Source: Gnetum montanum (taxonomy: Eukaryota > Plantae > Gnetophyta). From it: a stretch of DNA of 64,000 nt. The notes under the pieces were generated by a model. It did no database searches. It was given only the letters and a program-made list of their open reading frames with translations, and had not been told where the DNA came from. Of this stretch, positions 1 through 13,559 are shown in pieces (positions within the stretch are counted from its first letter, which is position 1; every line of letters begins with the position of its first letter). A program made the translations under genes and the position numbers. The stretch lies in contig MNCI01003473.1 of assembly GCA_015680685.1 (NCBI GenBank), positions 196,835 to 260,834 on the forward strand, written 5' to 3'.

Positions 1-2740
1 CACCTAGGTGAGAGATGAGTTTGAGATCAAAATTAAACCTAGTACAGAGCCTATTTCCAAGGCTACACATAGGATGTCTTCCATAGAGCTAGTGGAGCTA
101 AAGATTCAGCTACAAGAACTATTAGATAAAGGCCTTATTCAACCCAGTGTATCATCATGGGATGCACTTGTGCTATTTATTAAAAAGAAGGATGAGGGTT
201 TGCGGTTATGCATAGATTATAGGTAGTTAAGCCAAGTTACTATGAAAAATAAATATCCTTTGCCATGCATTGATGACTTGTTGGATCAACTTTGGGGAAC
301 TCATGTATTCTCAAAGATTAACCTCAAGTCTAGGAATCATCAAGTGCGGGTTCGTGAATAGGATGTGTCAAAGACAACATTCAAAACATGGTATGACCAT
401 TATGAGTTTTTGGTGCTACCCTTTGGATTGACAAATGCACTAGCATTTTTCATGCACCTCTTGAGTAGTGTGATGCATCAATTCCTAGATCATTTTGTGA
501 TTATGTTCATTGATGATATCTTAGTATATTATTCTAATGAGAAATTGTATGCAGAGCACTTGTAAATGATTTTATAAACTTTGAGTGAGTACCTACTGTA
601 TGCTCAGTCATCCCAGTGTTCATTTTGGAAATCAGGGATTTAGTTCTTAGGACATGTGGTGTCAGGAGCTAGTATCTTTGTGGATCCTCTGAAGATTGTA
701 GTTGTTTGTAATTGGACTATGCCACACTCAATAGTGGAGGTACAAAGCTTCTTGGGGTTAGTAGGATATTACCAGAGGTTTGTAGAACATTTCTCTTGCA
801 TAACATCTCCCTTGACTCGATTGTGAGGAAGGAGGCTATCTTTACAAGGGGCCTAGCTTGTCAGGCTGCATTTGAGAAGTTGAAGAATAGATTGGTAACT
901 ACTTCTGTGCTAATATATCCTACACTAGGAAATTCATATGATGTTAGTACTGATGCTTCAGGGGATGGATTTGGTTGTGTGTTGATGCAAGATGGATAGG
1001 TTGTGGCTTATGCATCTTGACAATTGAGGTCACATGAAACCAGATATCTCATGCATGATTTAGAATTGGATGCTGTGATCTTTGCATTGAAGATTTGGCA
1101 GCATTATCTATATGGACAACAAGTGGTTATTTGGACTAATCATAAGAGCCTCCATTATCTTATGAGTTAGCCATAGTTAAACCTACAACAACGTAGATGG
1201 ATGGGGTTGCTTGTTGATGTTGATTTCACTATTAAATATAAGCCTGGCAAGGCTAACAAAGTAGTGGATGCATTAAGTAGGGTGGTGAGTAAGCTTAATA
1301 ACTTGACAATCCAATTAGATTTTCAAGAGTAGATATGAGAGCAACAATGACATGATCCTTGGTGTTAGACATTGTGGTAACAAATTACCTCTAATGGACC
1401 ACTCTTTGTGGATGGTCATGGAGTCGTATGAAGGGATGGTCAAGTATGTGTTCCAGAAGCTCTTTGAATTTAGTTGATGGATGAGGTTCACATGAGCAAA
1501 TACCAAATGCATCCAAGTAGTAAAAAAATGTATTAAAATTTATGACAAATGTATTGGTGGCCTAGCATAAAGAGAGATGTAGGAGAGTATGTATCTTGCT
1601 ATTTAATTTGCCAACAAGTGAAGATAGAGCATTAGAGACCTGGGGGATATTTGCATTTCCATGATATTCCTTAGTGGAAATGGGATGCCATTGGTATGGA
1701 TTTCATTGTTGGTCTTCTGCAAGCTCATAGTGGTCATGATGCTATCTTAGTAGTTATAGATTTATTAACAAATTCTACCCATTTCCTTGCCACATGATCA
1801 TCAGTAAGTGTAGTAGAAACTACACATCTCCTTCTTGTAGAGATAGTGTGGCTGCATGATGTGCCACAATAGATTATTAGTGATAGAGCTGCTTGATTCA
1901 TGTCACATTTTTTGCAAGAATTTCAAAAGGATATGGGTATAAAGCTAAATATAAGTTCAGAATATCATTCACAAACTAATGGTCAAATTGAGTGGGTGAA
2001 TTAGATTCTAGAAGACATGTTGAGAGCTTGTGCTTTGTAGGATAGAGAAGGTTGGGATCAGATGCTACCATTAGTTGAATTTGCATATAACAATAGTTAT
2101 TAGGAGAGTATATAAGTAGCACCATATGAGATTTTATATGGTAGGAAATGTAGAACACCTTTATGTTGGGACACCATAGAAGATCATCAATAGGTGAGCA
2201 CAGATTTGGTGAGGTAGGCTACAAAGTAGATTTGGGAGATCTAAAATAGGTTGAGAGTTGCATAAGATAGGTAGGCAGCCTATGCTAATTGGTGTTGAAG
2301 GCCATTGGAGTTTGTAGTTGGAGATCATGTACTTATTCATGTTTCTCCTTTGAAAGGCCTTACTTGATTTGGTCGAAAAGGGAAATTGGCTCCTAGATAC
2401 ATTGGTCCATTTTAGGTGTTACAACAGATTGGGAAAGTGGCCTATCAAATAGCATTACCTCCTCATTTGGTAGATGTCTATGATGTCATTCATGTATCTA
2501 TCCTACGATGTTATGTGCTTGATGAACAACATGTGATTAGCCATTTAGGAATACAACTATAGTATGGTGTTAGTTATATTAAGCAACCAATAAAGCTTGT
2601 TGATTGTATGATGTGATAGCTATGTAGTAAAGTTGTTCCTATGGTCAAAATTTTATGGAGTAGACATGGAGCTTTAGAGGTTACTTGGGAGGTGAGGACT
2701 AAGATGCACGTAGCTCATCCTGAGATCTTCTAGGAGGGAG
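1..2740 (+). pseudogene. Degenerate Ty3/gypsy chromovirus (Tekay/Del-like) pol: RT, RNase H, integrase, chromodomain
   Basis: ORF fragments [30 protein letters not shown] (RT) and STDASGDGFGCVLMQDG (RNase H). Integrase-like KWDAIGMDF (~1680) and PRYIGPF (~2390). C-terminal VPMVKILWSRHG..EVTWE chromodomain-like segment. Many TAG/TGA stops and frameshifts. Confidence 0.93.
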
Positions 2741-2759
2741 ATTCTGAAGAAGGGGAGAG

Positions 2760-5406
2760 TGTTACACCCCACCTAGAGCTAGTAGGTATGGTCATATGCT
2801 TATGATTTAGAAATTATATGTGGAGTCCTGGTGGGGTTTTAGGAATGAGTTAATGTATTTTATATGTTATGAGGCTTTGTTTTTTTTTGTTATGATTATG
2901 ATGTCTTTACATGCTTAACTAACGTGGTTATGTACACTAGCCTTGTATGATGTGTTAGACAAGTGATGTTCTTGGCAAGGATGTGGGATTGGGGTATAAG
3001 AGCATTGATTCGGTATGTTTTTATAGTTTATGTGTGATTTTGGTATGTAGACATTTGTATTATAGCACTATGTTGCATGATTTTTAGGCGTGGTTTTGGC
3101 ATGTGAATGTGTAGAGTGTATGATTCTCATAAGTTCAAATGGATTTTTATTTGGAGTCCTAGTGTGTTTATTATGCAGGTTTAAAGTTGATAATATTAAG
3201 TGTGCAGAAAAAAAAACATATAGTCACTTATGAAAATGCCATCTTTTAAAAAAGATGTAATAAAATACCATTTAACTACCAAAAGAAAAAAAGGTAATCT
3301 CACATTATGTGAGTAAAGCGCACCATCATTTTTCCTTTATTTTACCTTTTAGCTCACACATAAAGTAAAGTAAGGTGTTTTTATATGTTATTTACCACCA
3401 CCTCATCACCGTGTATGGGAGAAATCAGGATTGGTTTTTGTTTTCTTCTATTTGCAAAAATAGAAATGGGTTACAGTTATTCTCTTCTCTTTTCCTCCAT
3501 TTCTTCTATTTTCCTCCTTTTTTTCTAGATTCTAAGCCTTTTGGATGGGTTTTTATTACTCTAAACTTGGATTTGGGATTACTCCAGTCATATCTATGTA
3601 GGTGTAGAACTTGTTGGGAGCAAAAGGGAGTCTTGCTGGATTTTTGAAGATTTTCTCCTTGTTTTGTTCTTTCTACCCCAACAATTTTAATTAGTGGGTT
3701 GTCTTTACCTTTTCCCTATATTTTTGTGCTAGATTAGTGTATATGATCATGCGATGGGGGCATGTGGGGTGGTTAGCTCAACGTCTGAGTGTAGGCATGT
3801 TATTTTGCATGTTTTCCAAAATTGTATGATTTTGGTTATGAATTGTTTATTAATATCTATGGGGTGTGTGGGCTAATGTGGACTTGTGGAATATTATCTA
3901 TGGTGTTGATGAGCCTCGTATGATTGGAATATGCTATTTGTGGAACTTATTGGGACACAAGTATTTTTTTGGACTTCCAAATATTACTTAAATATTATTT
4001 TATTAGTCAAACTTTGAACATGCATAACTTTGCTTACAGGAGCCCGATTTAGGTATAATTAGTGTCATTGGGATTGTTGTGGAAAGCACTTTCTAATCAT
4101 GGGATTATTTTTCTCTTTGGGCATATATTATTTTGAAGGTTATTTTAGTGGTCATTTGTATGGAAACATGTGTCTTTTGAGGAACATTGTATTATTATGT
4201 CATATTAAGGTCTTTATGTTATTTTGTTGCATCGTTGTATTGTTTTCTTGGAATGACTATAACTGTTATGGGTAGAGATGTGTGGTCATGTTGTTTGGAT
4301 ATGTGGTGCTTATGACTTGTGTTGGCTTAAGCTACCTAGAAAGTGTACATGTTTTTGCGATAATGCTTGTGATGGTTGTTGGCGGGTGGTGCTAGCATGA
4401 GGGTCTGGACTAGTTGGTGATGAGGCACCCTAGAGTTAGTATGGATTGACCCCTATTGTGATGCATTAGTGAGGCTTCTATTGTAGGCCTCATCTTGAGG
4501 GTGGGAGAGCATAGGTGTGTTCATCCCTATTGCTAGTCCTTCAAAAGGCTAGTAGTTGTAGGTCATAAGTTGATGAACCCTAGCATTGATTGGATAAATA
4601 AAAGACTTGTAGGAAATGGCTATTGTGAGTACTCATGATAATGTTTCACATGCTAGACTAAGCGCGGATATGCTAGGAACCTTGTGGGCTATGTATGTAA
4701 TAGTATTGGTTTGTGAGTCATATCGTTGAGAATAGGTGTTTTGTTTGGATTATGATTGTGTGGATCATTGACTATTTATGGTATATCATGGGCATGATAG
4801 ATGATGTTAGACTATGGCCTTTTTGTGCTTGTATGATCGTATGTTAGCTTTATGGGTGATATGGTGTGTGTTGTTTTGAGCATGCTTGAGAATCACAGTG
4901 TTGTAGGTTACCTTGTACCCCACTCCTCTCTTCTAGTGCAACACTTTTCAACCATCTAGTAGGGGAAGTGTACAGGCTTCCCACTCAGTTGTGTACTGAC
5001 TTTATTTCATTACAGGTGAAAAGCGCAAGATCCTAGATGAGCACGAAGAGAGAGTAGAGAGGGAAAATCATCTAGTGCTTAGTTATTGTGTATTTCATGT
5101 ATAGTAGTGTGGACTAGATATCCTTGTATGAAACTCTCTATATTGTACTCTTCTATATACAATGATGAGGTTTATGTGTTTTTGTATGTATTTTCATATA
5201 GTATATAGTTTTCTTTATGTAGAGACATGCATTTTTATGATGTGATATGTATGTTTTTTTTTTGTTATAGTAGGAAAGTTCTATATTATTTGACTTTTCT
5301 TATTAGCATGTATTCTGCACATTATTGGTTCTAGTTGTCATGCTTTCGTGCTAAGATTACTTGATCCTAGGCATCACCTTGCCCTAGCTAGGGTAGGGGT
5401 GTTATA
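2760..5406 (+). mobile_element. 3' LTR (~2.65 kb) of the chromovirus element
   Basis: Polypurine tract GAAGAAGGGGAGAG immediately before TGTTACACCCC at 2760. Ends GGGGTGTTATA at 5406 (CA>TA). The two ends form an imperfect ~20-bp inverted repeat. Confidence 0.85.
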
Positions 5407-6880
5407 GGAAATTAGGAATTGGCCTCATAATCCCCAAGAATGTGAATGAGAACTTCTTTAAGCTTTGAAGGATGCTCAATAGTAGGAACCTATTTTTTGA
5501 AAGAAAATATCTAAAACAAAATAGACCTTACAAGATGATGTTAGTACTAATTTCTTTCAATAGGATGTTTTGATTAAGAATGCCAAATTTAGAATTCTCT
5601 AATTAGATTAGGAAGATGAAATAATCACTTTTGATCTTATTTAGATTTCCAATATTGCTATGAAATTCTACCAAGATCTTTTGGGTAAAGCTTTAGCAGT
5701 TGATCATAATGCTTTACAAGAGCTATTGGGAGCCATGGATCCCAAACTTTCTACCTAGGATATTCACATTCTTAATATGACACAATATTTAGTTTTGAAT
5801 AAAATTAATAATAAAACACCATGTCAAGATGGTGCTCTAATTAATTTTTTAAAAACTTTCAGGCAAGTTATGGGGAAGGATATTTTTGATATTGTGCTTG
5901 AATTTTGGATGAATGATGACCTTCTTAGTGAATTTAATGTTACCTAGATCTTCCTTTTATTTAAGAAGATGGAACCTTGAATAATAAATTCTTAGAATTA
6001 TTAGATTATGCATAACTATCTATAAGATTATCTCCAAATTTATGGCTAATAGAGTTTGGAAAATTCTTTAATCAATTATTTCCCTTGAACAAGCTAGTTT
6101 TGTTGTTGAACAATACACTCTGAAACAAGTTCTTTGTACATGAGATTATTTATTTAGCTCATCTTTAAAAAGGTCAAATTATTAATTAAAATTAAAAATA
6201 GTAATGGTTATGATAATTTTTTAAAAAATATATATTAATGTAGTTATAGGTAGAATTAGCTTTCCAGAACACCAGATTTATAAGTTTAGTCAATGTTAGA
6301 AGGATATCCACTTCTAAATTCTAGTTAATGGACAATGTGTGGAATATTTTATGGACATGAATTGGATGAAACAAGGAGATCCAATCTCTTTTTATTTATT
6401 TATTATGAATATAGAAGGACTTGGTGCTATTATTAGAGAACACAAATAACAATAACTTATCATAGAAATTACCCCTACTTATGGATATTCTAACTTTACC
6501 CATTCTTAATTTGTAGATGATACTTTTTTTCGGTGCAAAGAACTACCTCCATCCTTATAAAGAAAAATTATTGCCTTAATCTTTTTGCTCATGCATGTAG
6601 ATTGCAAATCAATTTCACAAAAAAGTAAAATCTTTAATTTTAGGATCCATAAATTAATCTTTTAAGATATTTGTTCTAGAGTATAATGTCAAGAATATAA
6701 TCTACCCATCAACTATTTGGACATTCCTCTCTTCATAAGATGAATGAGAATTGATTTTTGGAAGGAGATTATTGATAAAGTGGAAAAAATTTTGATTAGA
6801 TGAAAGGAAAAAATTTTAGGTCAAGCAAGAAGACTCTAGTTACTTAAATTAGTATTTCATGTTATGCCTCTTGATGAATC
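5407..6880 (+). pseudogene. Degenerate L1-like LINE ORF2 reverse transcriptase fragment
   Basis: Decayed motifs in the expected order: PGPDG-like (~5820), IYKIISK..ANR (~6020), EQASFV (~6087), MKQGDPIS (~6366), FVDDT (~6510), LPINYLDIPL (~6702). Confidence 0.85.
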
Positions 6881-7578
6881 ATTCTTTGCTTGTACTATGA
6901 TATCATAACTATGTCATTATAACTACAATGTCATATGTATACCGACCAAAAAAAAAAAATCATGTGTTGGAGAACCAAAAATATTTGCAACTAAAATAGT
7001 TTTGCCCTAGACCTACACAGGCCTAATAAGTAGATCTAGGATGTCTTAGATAGTCTCGTAAGAAGCTTAATCATCTAAGGACTTACCAAAATGTAATGAA
7101 TGCAATATACACAAAAATAGAGAAAATGCATGTAAATATAACGAACTTGCTAAATTTGGTAGATATTTGATAAGAAATGAAATAGGAAATGTAAACACAG
7201 GAACAGTGGAAAAAAATAAAAAAATATTGTAAATTTATATTAAGTATGCACAAAGTTTAGAGAGTATAGATCTAGGCACAGAGGGACCCAAGGAATGTCA
7301 AATGCTTGCTATAGGGGAAGGCTTCAAGGTTGCTCTAACTACAAATTTTCTTTGGATGCTAGCTAACTCTAGGGTAGATTTATTCTTGAAAATGATAGAA
7401 TAATTGTTCTACATGTGAAGCTTTTTGACCTACCTCAAGATCCTCTTGTGAAGAAGGTTGGCTCTAGGATCCTCTTAGGAGAAGGGGCTATTTCAAGATA
7501 CTCCTATGAGGAGAGGCTATTTCAAGATGTAGGCTTGCTATGGATTAAGATTTGAGGTCACCACAGCTAGTTCATATT

Positions 7579-8444
7579 TGATGAGTAGTAGGCATTCCCT
7601 ATACCTAACCATATGAATCACAAGTGTGTATGCTCAATCTGGTCAAATTCCATGGATACCTTATACCTAAGTGGCTTTTGTCCTAGATATTCAAACATGA
7701 GGTTACTAGTTGTTGTCTTCATAATCATCACTTGAGTTAATTTCAACCATATGGATAAGTGTGATTGAGGTGTAAGAGGTTTGTATTTATAATTTTTTAT
7801 CTTAAAAAGTACTGAGAGAAGAAATAATTAAAGTATTAAACTTTAAGTAATTAATGACTAAACTATTTTAAATGTAGAGTATATGTTCCCACTTTTAGTA
7901 CATATCCTGAACTTATACTAATGCTGCTTGGTTACCAAGAGCTCACTATTGGTTGAACCAAGTATTAACCATTGGAATTACTAATAATTATTATATTATG
8001 CTTGAAGTGATCATACCCACATTACTATGGAATAAAACATTAAATGCTTAATTATAGGAAAGTAAACTACATGTAAAGTAAAATTCTTGTAAGTAAACTA
8101 AATTCTAATCTAAGTGTTGTAATGGAGAAAATAAATCTTGACTTTATTTCCATCATGCAACAGTATCTAGGTACATCTTGCAATTGAATAAAACTCCATA
8201 CAATTAGTTGAAATCCATGCTATAAGCACATAGAGGAAACTTTTACTAAGTCTTATAGAAGAAAACTGCAAGAGCTTTACTAAGAGAATGACCAAAGATG
8301 CCATAAATGTAGCTAGTGCATGAATTTATATAGGCTTAGGAAAGATCAACATTGATCCACATGCACCAAGGCATCTAAGGATGTGTTAACAAGGCTACAT
8401 TAATAGGCATGTAGTAATGCTGCCAACTTATTCAATCTTCATCA
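7579..8444 (-). repeat. 3' LTR of X1
   Basis: TGATGAG...CATCA termini. Aligns end to end with 32720-33607. Confidence 0.85.
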
Positions 8445-11400
8445 TACCCCCATGATTGATTGAAAACTCATCCTCAAGTGACCAAAATGAGACTGAGTTT
8501 CTTATAAAGTTTGGGAAAGTATGGAATTGACTGATTGACTATAACAAACAAGCATCTCTTAAGTGCCATTTCTAAATATAATTCATGTGGATACACAAAT
8601 TTGTGTAAGGTACAATAAATTTGGATAATTTTGATAAAATTTATAGGTGCCAATCGAACATATTGAAATGAGATGAAAAATTTGCATCGTGCTTAGACGT
8701 GGAGGCTCCTATGGCATAGAGGATCTTTCATCATATTCCTGCTCTACTAGATATCTATCCTATTCTACTGGTACTACCAAAAACTTGAAGACATTTAGAA
8801 GTACCTTCATCTTTTTCTCTTTCTCCTATGGGTCATGGATGATCCTAGCAAGTTTTCCTAGATGGGCTAGTGCTGGTATATCCCATAGGCATGGAATGAC
8901 AAACTAAGCCATGAATTATTTACATTTAAATTCAAATGTACAGGTAAGGTTTTGTACTTCCTAGTAGTCACTTATTCTCTTCACTAAGTTCTTATAAATT
9001 GATCTTTAATTGGTGAATTTGGTCTTGATAACTTCAAGCTCCACATTGGCTACTTCCAACTTTTGTTTGGTCTCTTTATAGAGCTTGAACTTTGCCTCAT
9101 AGAGGAGGTAGGAGCTGGCCACCTACTTCTCTAATTCTAATCTTGCCCTTCTTATTATTAGCATGGCCAAGTTTGCATATCGTAGATTGGCTAGTTCCAT
9201 GTATTCAGTCATCTTCTTGATTTATAACTCCTTTAGGCTAATCTATGCTTGATTATGGACATTGAGACCATCGAAGATGGGCTTCTATACATTAACTATT
9301 TTTTGAAGTTGCTAGAGGGCTTCATTTACCTTTGCCTTTGGTAACTTGATCTCTTTATCATTGATCTCCTTGAGCATTTTTACCTAGTTCTTGTAGTGAT
9401 TCTTTAGTTGTTCATACTTGAGGGCCTTATTTTTCTAGGTGACAATCTCAATTGATGTATTCTAGTCAAGAGCATAAACTTCCTTCATTGAGAGATTTCT
9501 ATTTTCTATAGTAAACCTTTTTACATCTAAGTTTACCTTGGTGTGTTTCTCCTACTATTGGTGAATGTACTTGACCATTTGGTCTTTTTGTTGCTTAGTA
9601 TTCTATAGGTGATGATTTTCTTGGATCAATGCAAGATTTTTCTTACAAATCTATTGAGGATCACAACTAGAGAAATTCAGCATTGTCTCCAATAGTGACA
9701 CATTAAATATTTTCATCTCTTTCACATTATCAACCTCTTAATATTTTTGTTGAAGTTGTTAAAATGTTTCATCCCTTATAAGTTCTATTGTGAGGATGAT
9801 GGTCACAACCTTTTATAATCAATCGTTGATTGCTAATGGTGGCCTCCTCAAGTTGCATGTTTATGATCAGCATCTTGTCCCTTGTCTCTAGTAGCTACTA
9901 CTAGATGGCCAAAATGTCTTTAGTAAGATCAAAGATCTATAAAATTTGTTCCCCAATTCTAACCACTTGCTCCAACACTTTCTCATGCTAGGTTATACTC
10001 ATTCCTCTACTTTTGGCTTCCACTAATGCTTGTACATATGTCATGGTAGCAACATTATGGATAAATGCTTCAAGAGCACTCAAGGCTTCTTCAATTCTAT
10101 TTGCCACCATCTTTACTTTAGTCTCTTTATTCTTATATGACATGACCAAGACAGTTACTCTTTCATGTTCTTTTAGTATCACTAAGAAGGCTATTACATT
10201 CTCAAAGATTTTGGGAAATGCTTGTTCTAGGATGAATAAAGTGACCTCCTTGGCATTGTGATTAGTTTATGATCATTGTGACCTCAGTCAAGTAGCTCAT
10301 GTTTGATTTGTACGTAGAAGATTGTCTACCACCCCTGGAGGCTTGTTGTTGTAACTACTGTTCACTAAGTTTCCTTAGACATTCAGCAGCTACTAGCATT
10401 TTTGGTGTCATCTCTAGTGATGCAGGTGGTGATGGTAATTATAGCTCTTCCTCTTGAAGCTTGGCAAGTGCTTTGTCCTTCATCATCTCCTACCATGATG
10501 TGTAGGAGCTCTGCAAATCACGTTGTTAACATAGCAAGCTATTAATTCTCTTTTGTTGAGTTTTTTGATGAGGCAGGAAAAGGGGAGTATCTTTCTACCA
10601 TTATTATTTTCCTTAAAATGTTTCTTGATATTAGGAAGATGAGTTGGGATAGTTGACTTGGAATTTTCCACTTAGAGCTATGCATACCTTGGTAGAGAAG
10701 GTATTACCTTATTTGGCTTTATCATTGAATTGAGTTAATAGGACACAATCTTGAAATAAGATCATTCCACCTTGGTTAGGCCATTGTAAACCTTATGATC
10801 CACTCCATAGCATCACTAGATCCATTTCTTCTTTGCCTTTGGATCCACTTGAGTTGAAATTTCTACTAGGTTTGCCTTGGTGTTTGGTAGTCTAAGGGCC
10901 TTTGCTATTGCCTCAACCAAGTAGGAGATGATGACATCTTTGATTCTTGATGATCACATCTCATGGTTGATTATTTTAGAAGAGATAGGTTTTTCCCATG
11001 TACCATTCTCCACTAGTAGAGAGAATGGACCATAATGAAGACCCTTGCAGTTGTGTCCTTACCTCTTCTGACGTGAGTTCCAAGAAAGATATGAAATTTA
11101 GTTCTTGAAGGATGGAACTTTTAACTTTATTACTTTAGAGCTTCTCCAAGTAGGTCTATGTAAGCATGACCTTAATATTGGATTACAATCTTGGGACCTT
11201 ATCTTGCTTTGATTGTCCCATCTCTAATGTGGAAATCTAGTGGAAAAATTTCATCTTAAGCTCCTTGGATAGGGGCTTGGTTGAGGATCAAAAAATTAGA
11301 AGGAGGGAGGGATGAATTTATATTATAGGTATCCTCTAAGTTTTCCCAAATATCTTTGGTTATTTTACATCTAGCTACTCTATTAAATTCAAATTTATTC

Positions 11401-12141
11401 AATGCATAATATAAACAAATTTTTTCTTTTGAATCAAACATGAACTTATATTTTTTTTATTATGTCCATTTGTTCTAGGGCTTAATGGCCTTTATTGCAC
11501 TATCAATGGGTGGTGTGTAGCCTCAAGGATGGACTCCCATACTTCAAACTTCATAGATTCAAAGAACCCCTGCATCCTTGCTTTCCAATAAGCAAAGCTA
11601 AACCCATCAAACATTGGTGGCTTGGTGTGAGATGTTCCTTCTATAGTTCACTCTTGAAGTTAATGTTGAAAGAAGAGTACCAGGTTCTGATACCATTTGA
11701 GGATTAAGAACTTAGAAGGGAGGGATGAAGAAGTTCCCCAAAATAAAATTAAAAAGCCATTAAAACCACACCCAAAATTTACATGGTTCTCCAACTTGTG
11801 TACTCCATACTTGGAGGGTAGATTCCTTGCACACCTCCAAACTTTGTTTATTTGAAATGTGGTTTGAAGGATACCACATCATGTACAAGATTTAAGCTCC
11901 TGCTTTAGAGTGTTTCAACATTGCAAAACCACTCAACCTCACAAGGTCCCAACAAGCTTAGAATGTAGTTTCAAGGATCCCACAACCTTTACAAATTGAG
12001 CTCCTCTTTGGAGTATTTTGACATTGCATACACTCAATCCCGTAGGATTACAATAAGCTCAATTACAATGCCTTCTCATAAGAAGGACATCAACTCTAAA
12101 AGGGTACCAAGAGATAAATAAAAACACAAGAAAAGAGCGTA

Positions 12142-12730
12142 ACTCAAATTTGTAAATCCTTGTACTTTGAGGCACAATTCTACAATCAAGCAAATGATAT
12201 GACAAATGAGGTACACAAGCATAATATACAATGATTGCTTAGATAGTGACAATACATGCACAACACTTGCATAATACCCAAGAGGATGAAGTCTTTTTAT
12301 AGCCTTGTAGTTTTTGAAAACATCTTGGAATTCATAATATGGCTATATAATGACTGGTGTAGACATATCCTTTGAGATTGGGACGTCTATCTAAAATTTG
12401 ACTTCAATTCTAGGGATACATCACTTCTAAAAGTGTGACTCAAATTTGTAAATCCTTGTACTTTGAGGCACAATTCTACAATCAAGCAAATGATATGACA
12501 AATGAGGTACACAAGCATAATATACAATGATTGCTTAGATAGTGACAATACATGCACAACACTTGCATAATACCCAAGAGGATGAAGTCTTTTTATAGCC
12601 TTGTAGTTTTTGAAAACATCTTGGAATTCATAATATGGCTATATAATGACTGGTGTAGACATATCCTTTGAGATTGGGACGTCTATCTAAAATTTGACTT
12701 CAATTCTAGGGATACATCACTTCTAAAAGT
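12142..12730. repeat. Perfect tandem duplication, 296-bp period, inside the middle LTR
   Basis: 12142-12434 reads identical to 12438-12730. Absent from the sister LTR 17475-18570. Confidence 0.95.
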
Positions 12731-13559
12731 AGATGTCTATATGAAGACATATTCTTTTGAAAAGAGATGTATCATGTTTTTGGGAGACATCTTCTTTGCA
12801 TGTACTCCACTTTGGCCAAGACATCTTCTACTTCATGGAGAAATCTTCTCAGCTTTTGAAATTTGGTTCCTTAGGCTTCCTCTTGCTAATTTATCTTCCT
12901 CTTGATTACTAAAGCATCTTCATCTGACTCGTAGCCTTCATTTATCCATGCTTATCCATGCTCCTTTGAGTTCTTATGATTTTCTCTTTGACATTCCTTT
13001 GTAGATCTCACTTCTTGAGTTTTCATTCATGCCCTAAAAAAACATCACATTCAACAACATTCTATGTTCTCTATTTTTCTTAAGGTTTTGACATACCAAA
13101 AGGTCAACAATCTTCCCCTTTTTAGTGATGTCCAAAACTTAAGAAAATGGGTGAGTCAATAAATTGATAAATAATAATAATAATTAATAAAAATATTAAG
13201 ATGTATAAATTCCAATGATAGCCAAGGTTAGTACTAAGATAATGACTCTAAAGTTCAAGGCTTAGGATAAAGATTACATGAAACTATACTACACAAAAAA
13301 TTATCTCCATAAAAAATGCATAAATATATAATCATGATAACCAACATTTGTCCATATCATAAACTGTTCATACAACTATCCACAAACTATCCATCAACAA
13401 ATTGTCCATACAAAATATCCATTGAAATATCCTTAACACATACAAGAACTACATATGTGAAAATCCTTACCAAAAACACATATGTATCAAACTATCTATA
13501 TACAAGTCCACATTAAAAACTCTATCCCCATTTTTGGACATCATCAAAAAGGAGGGATG

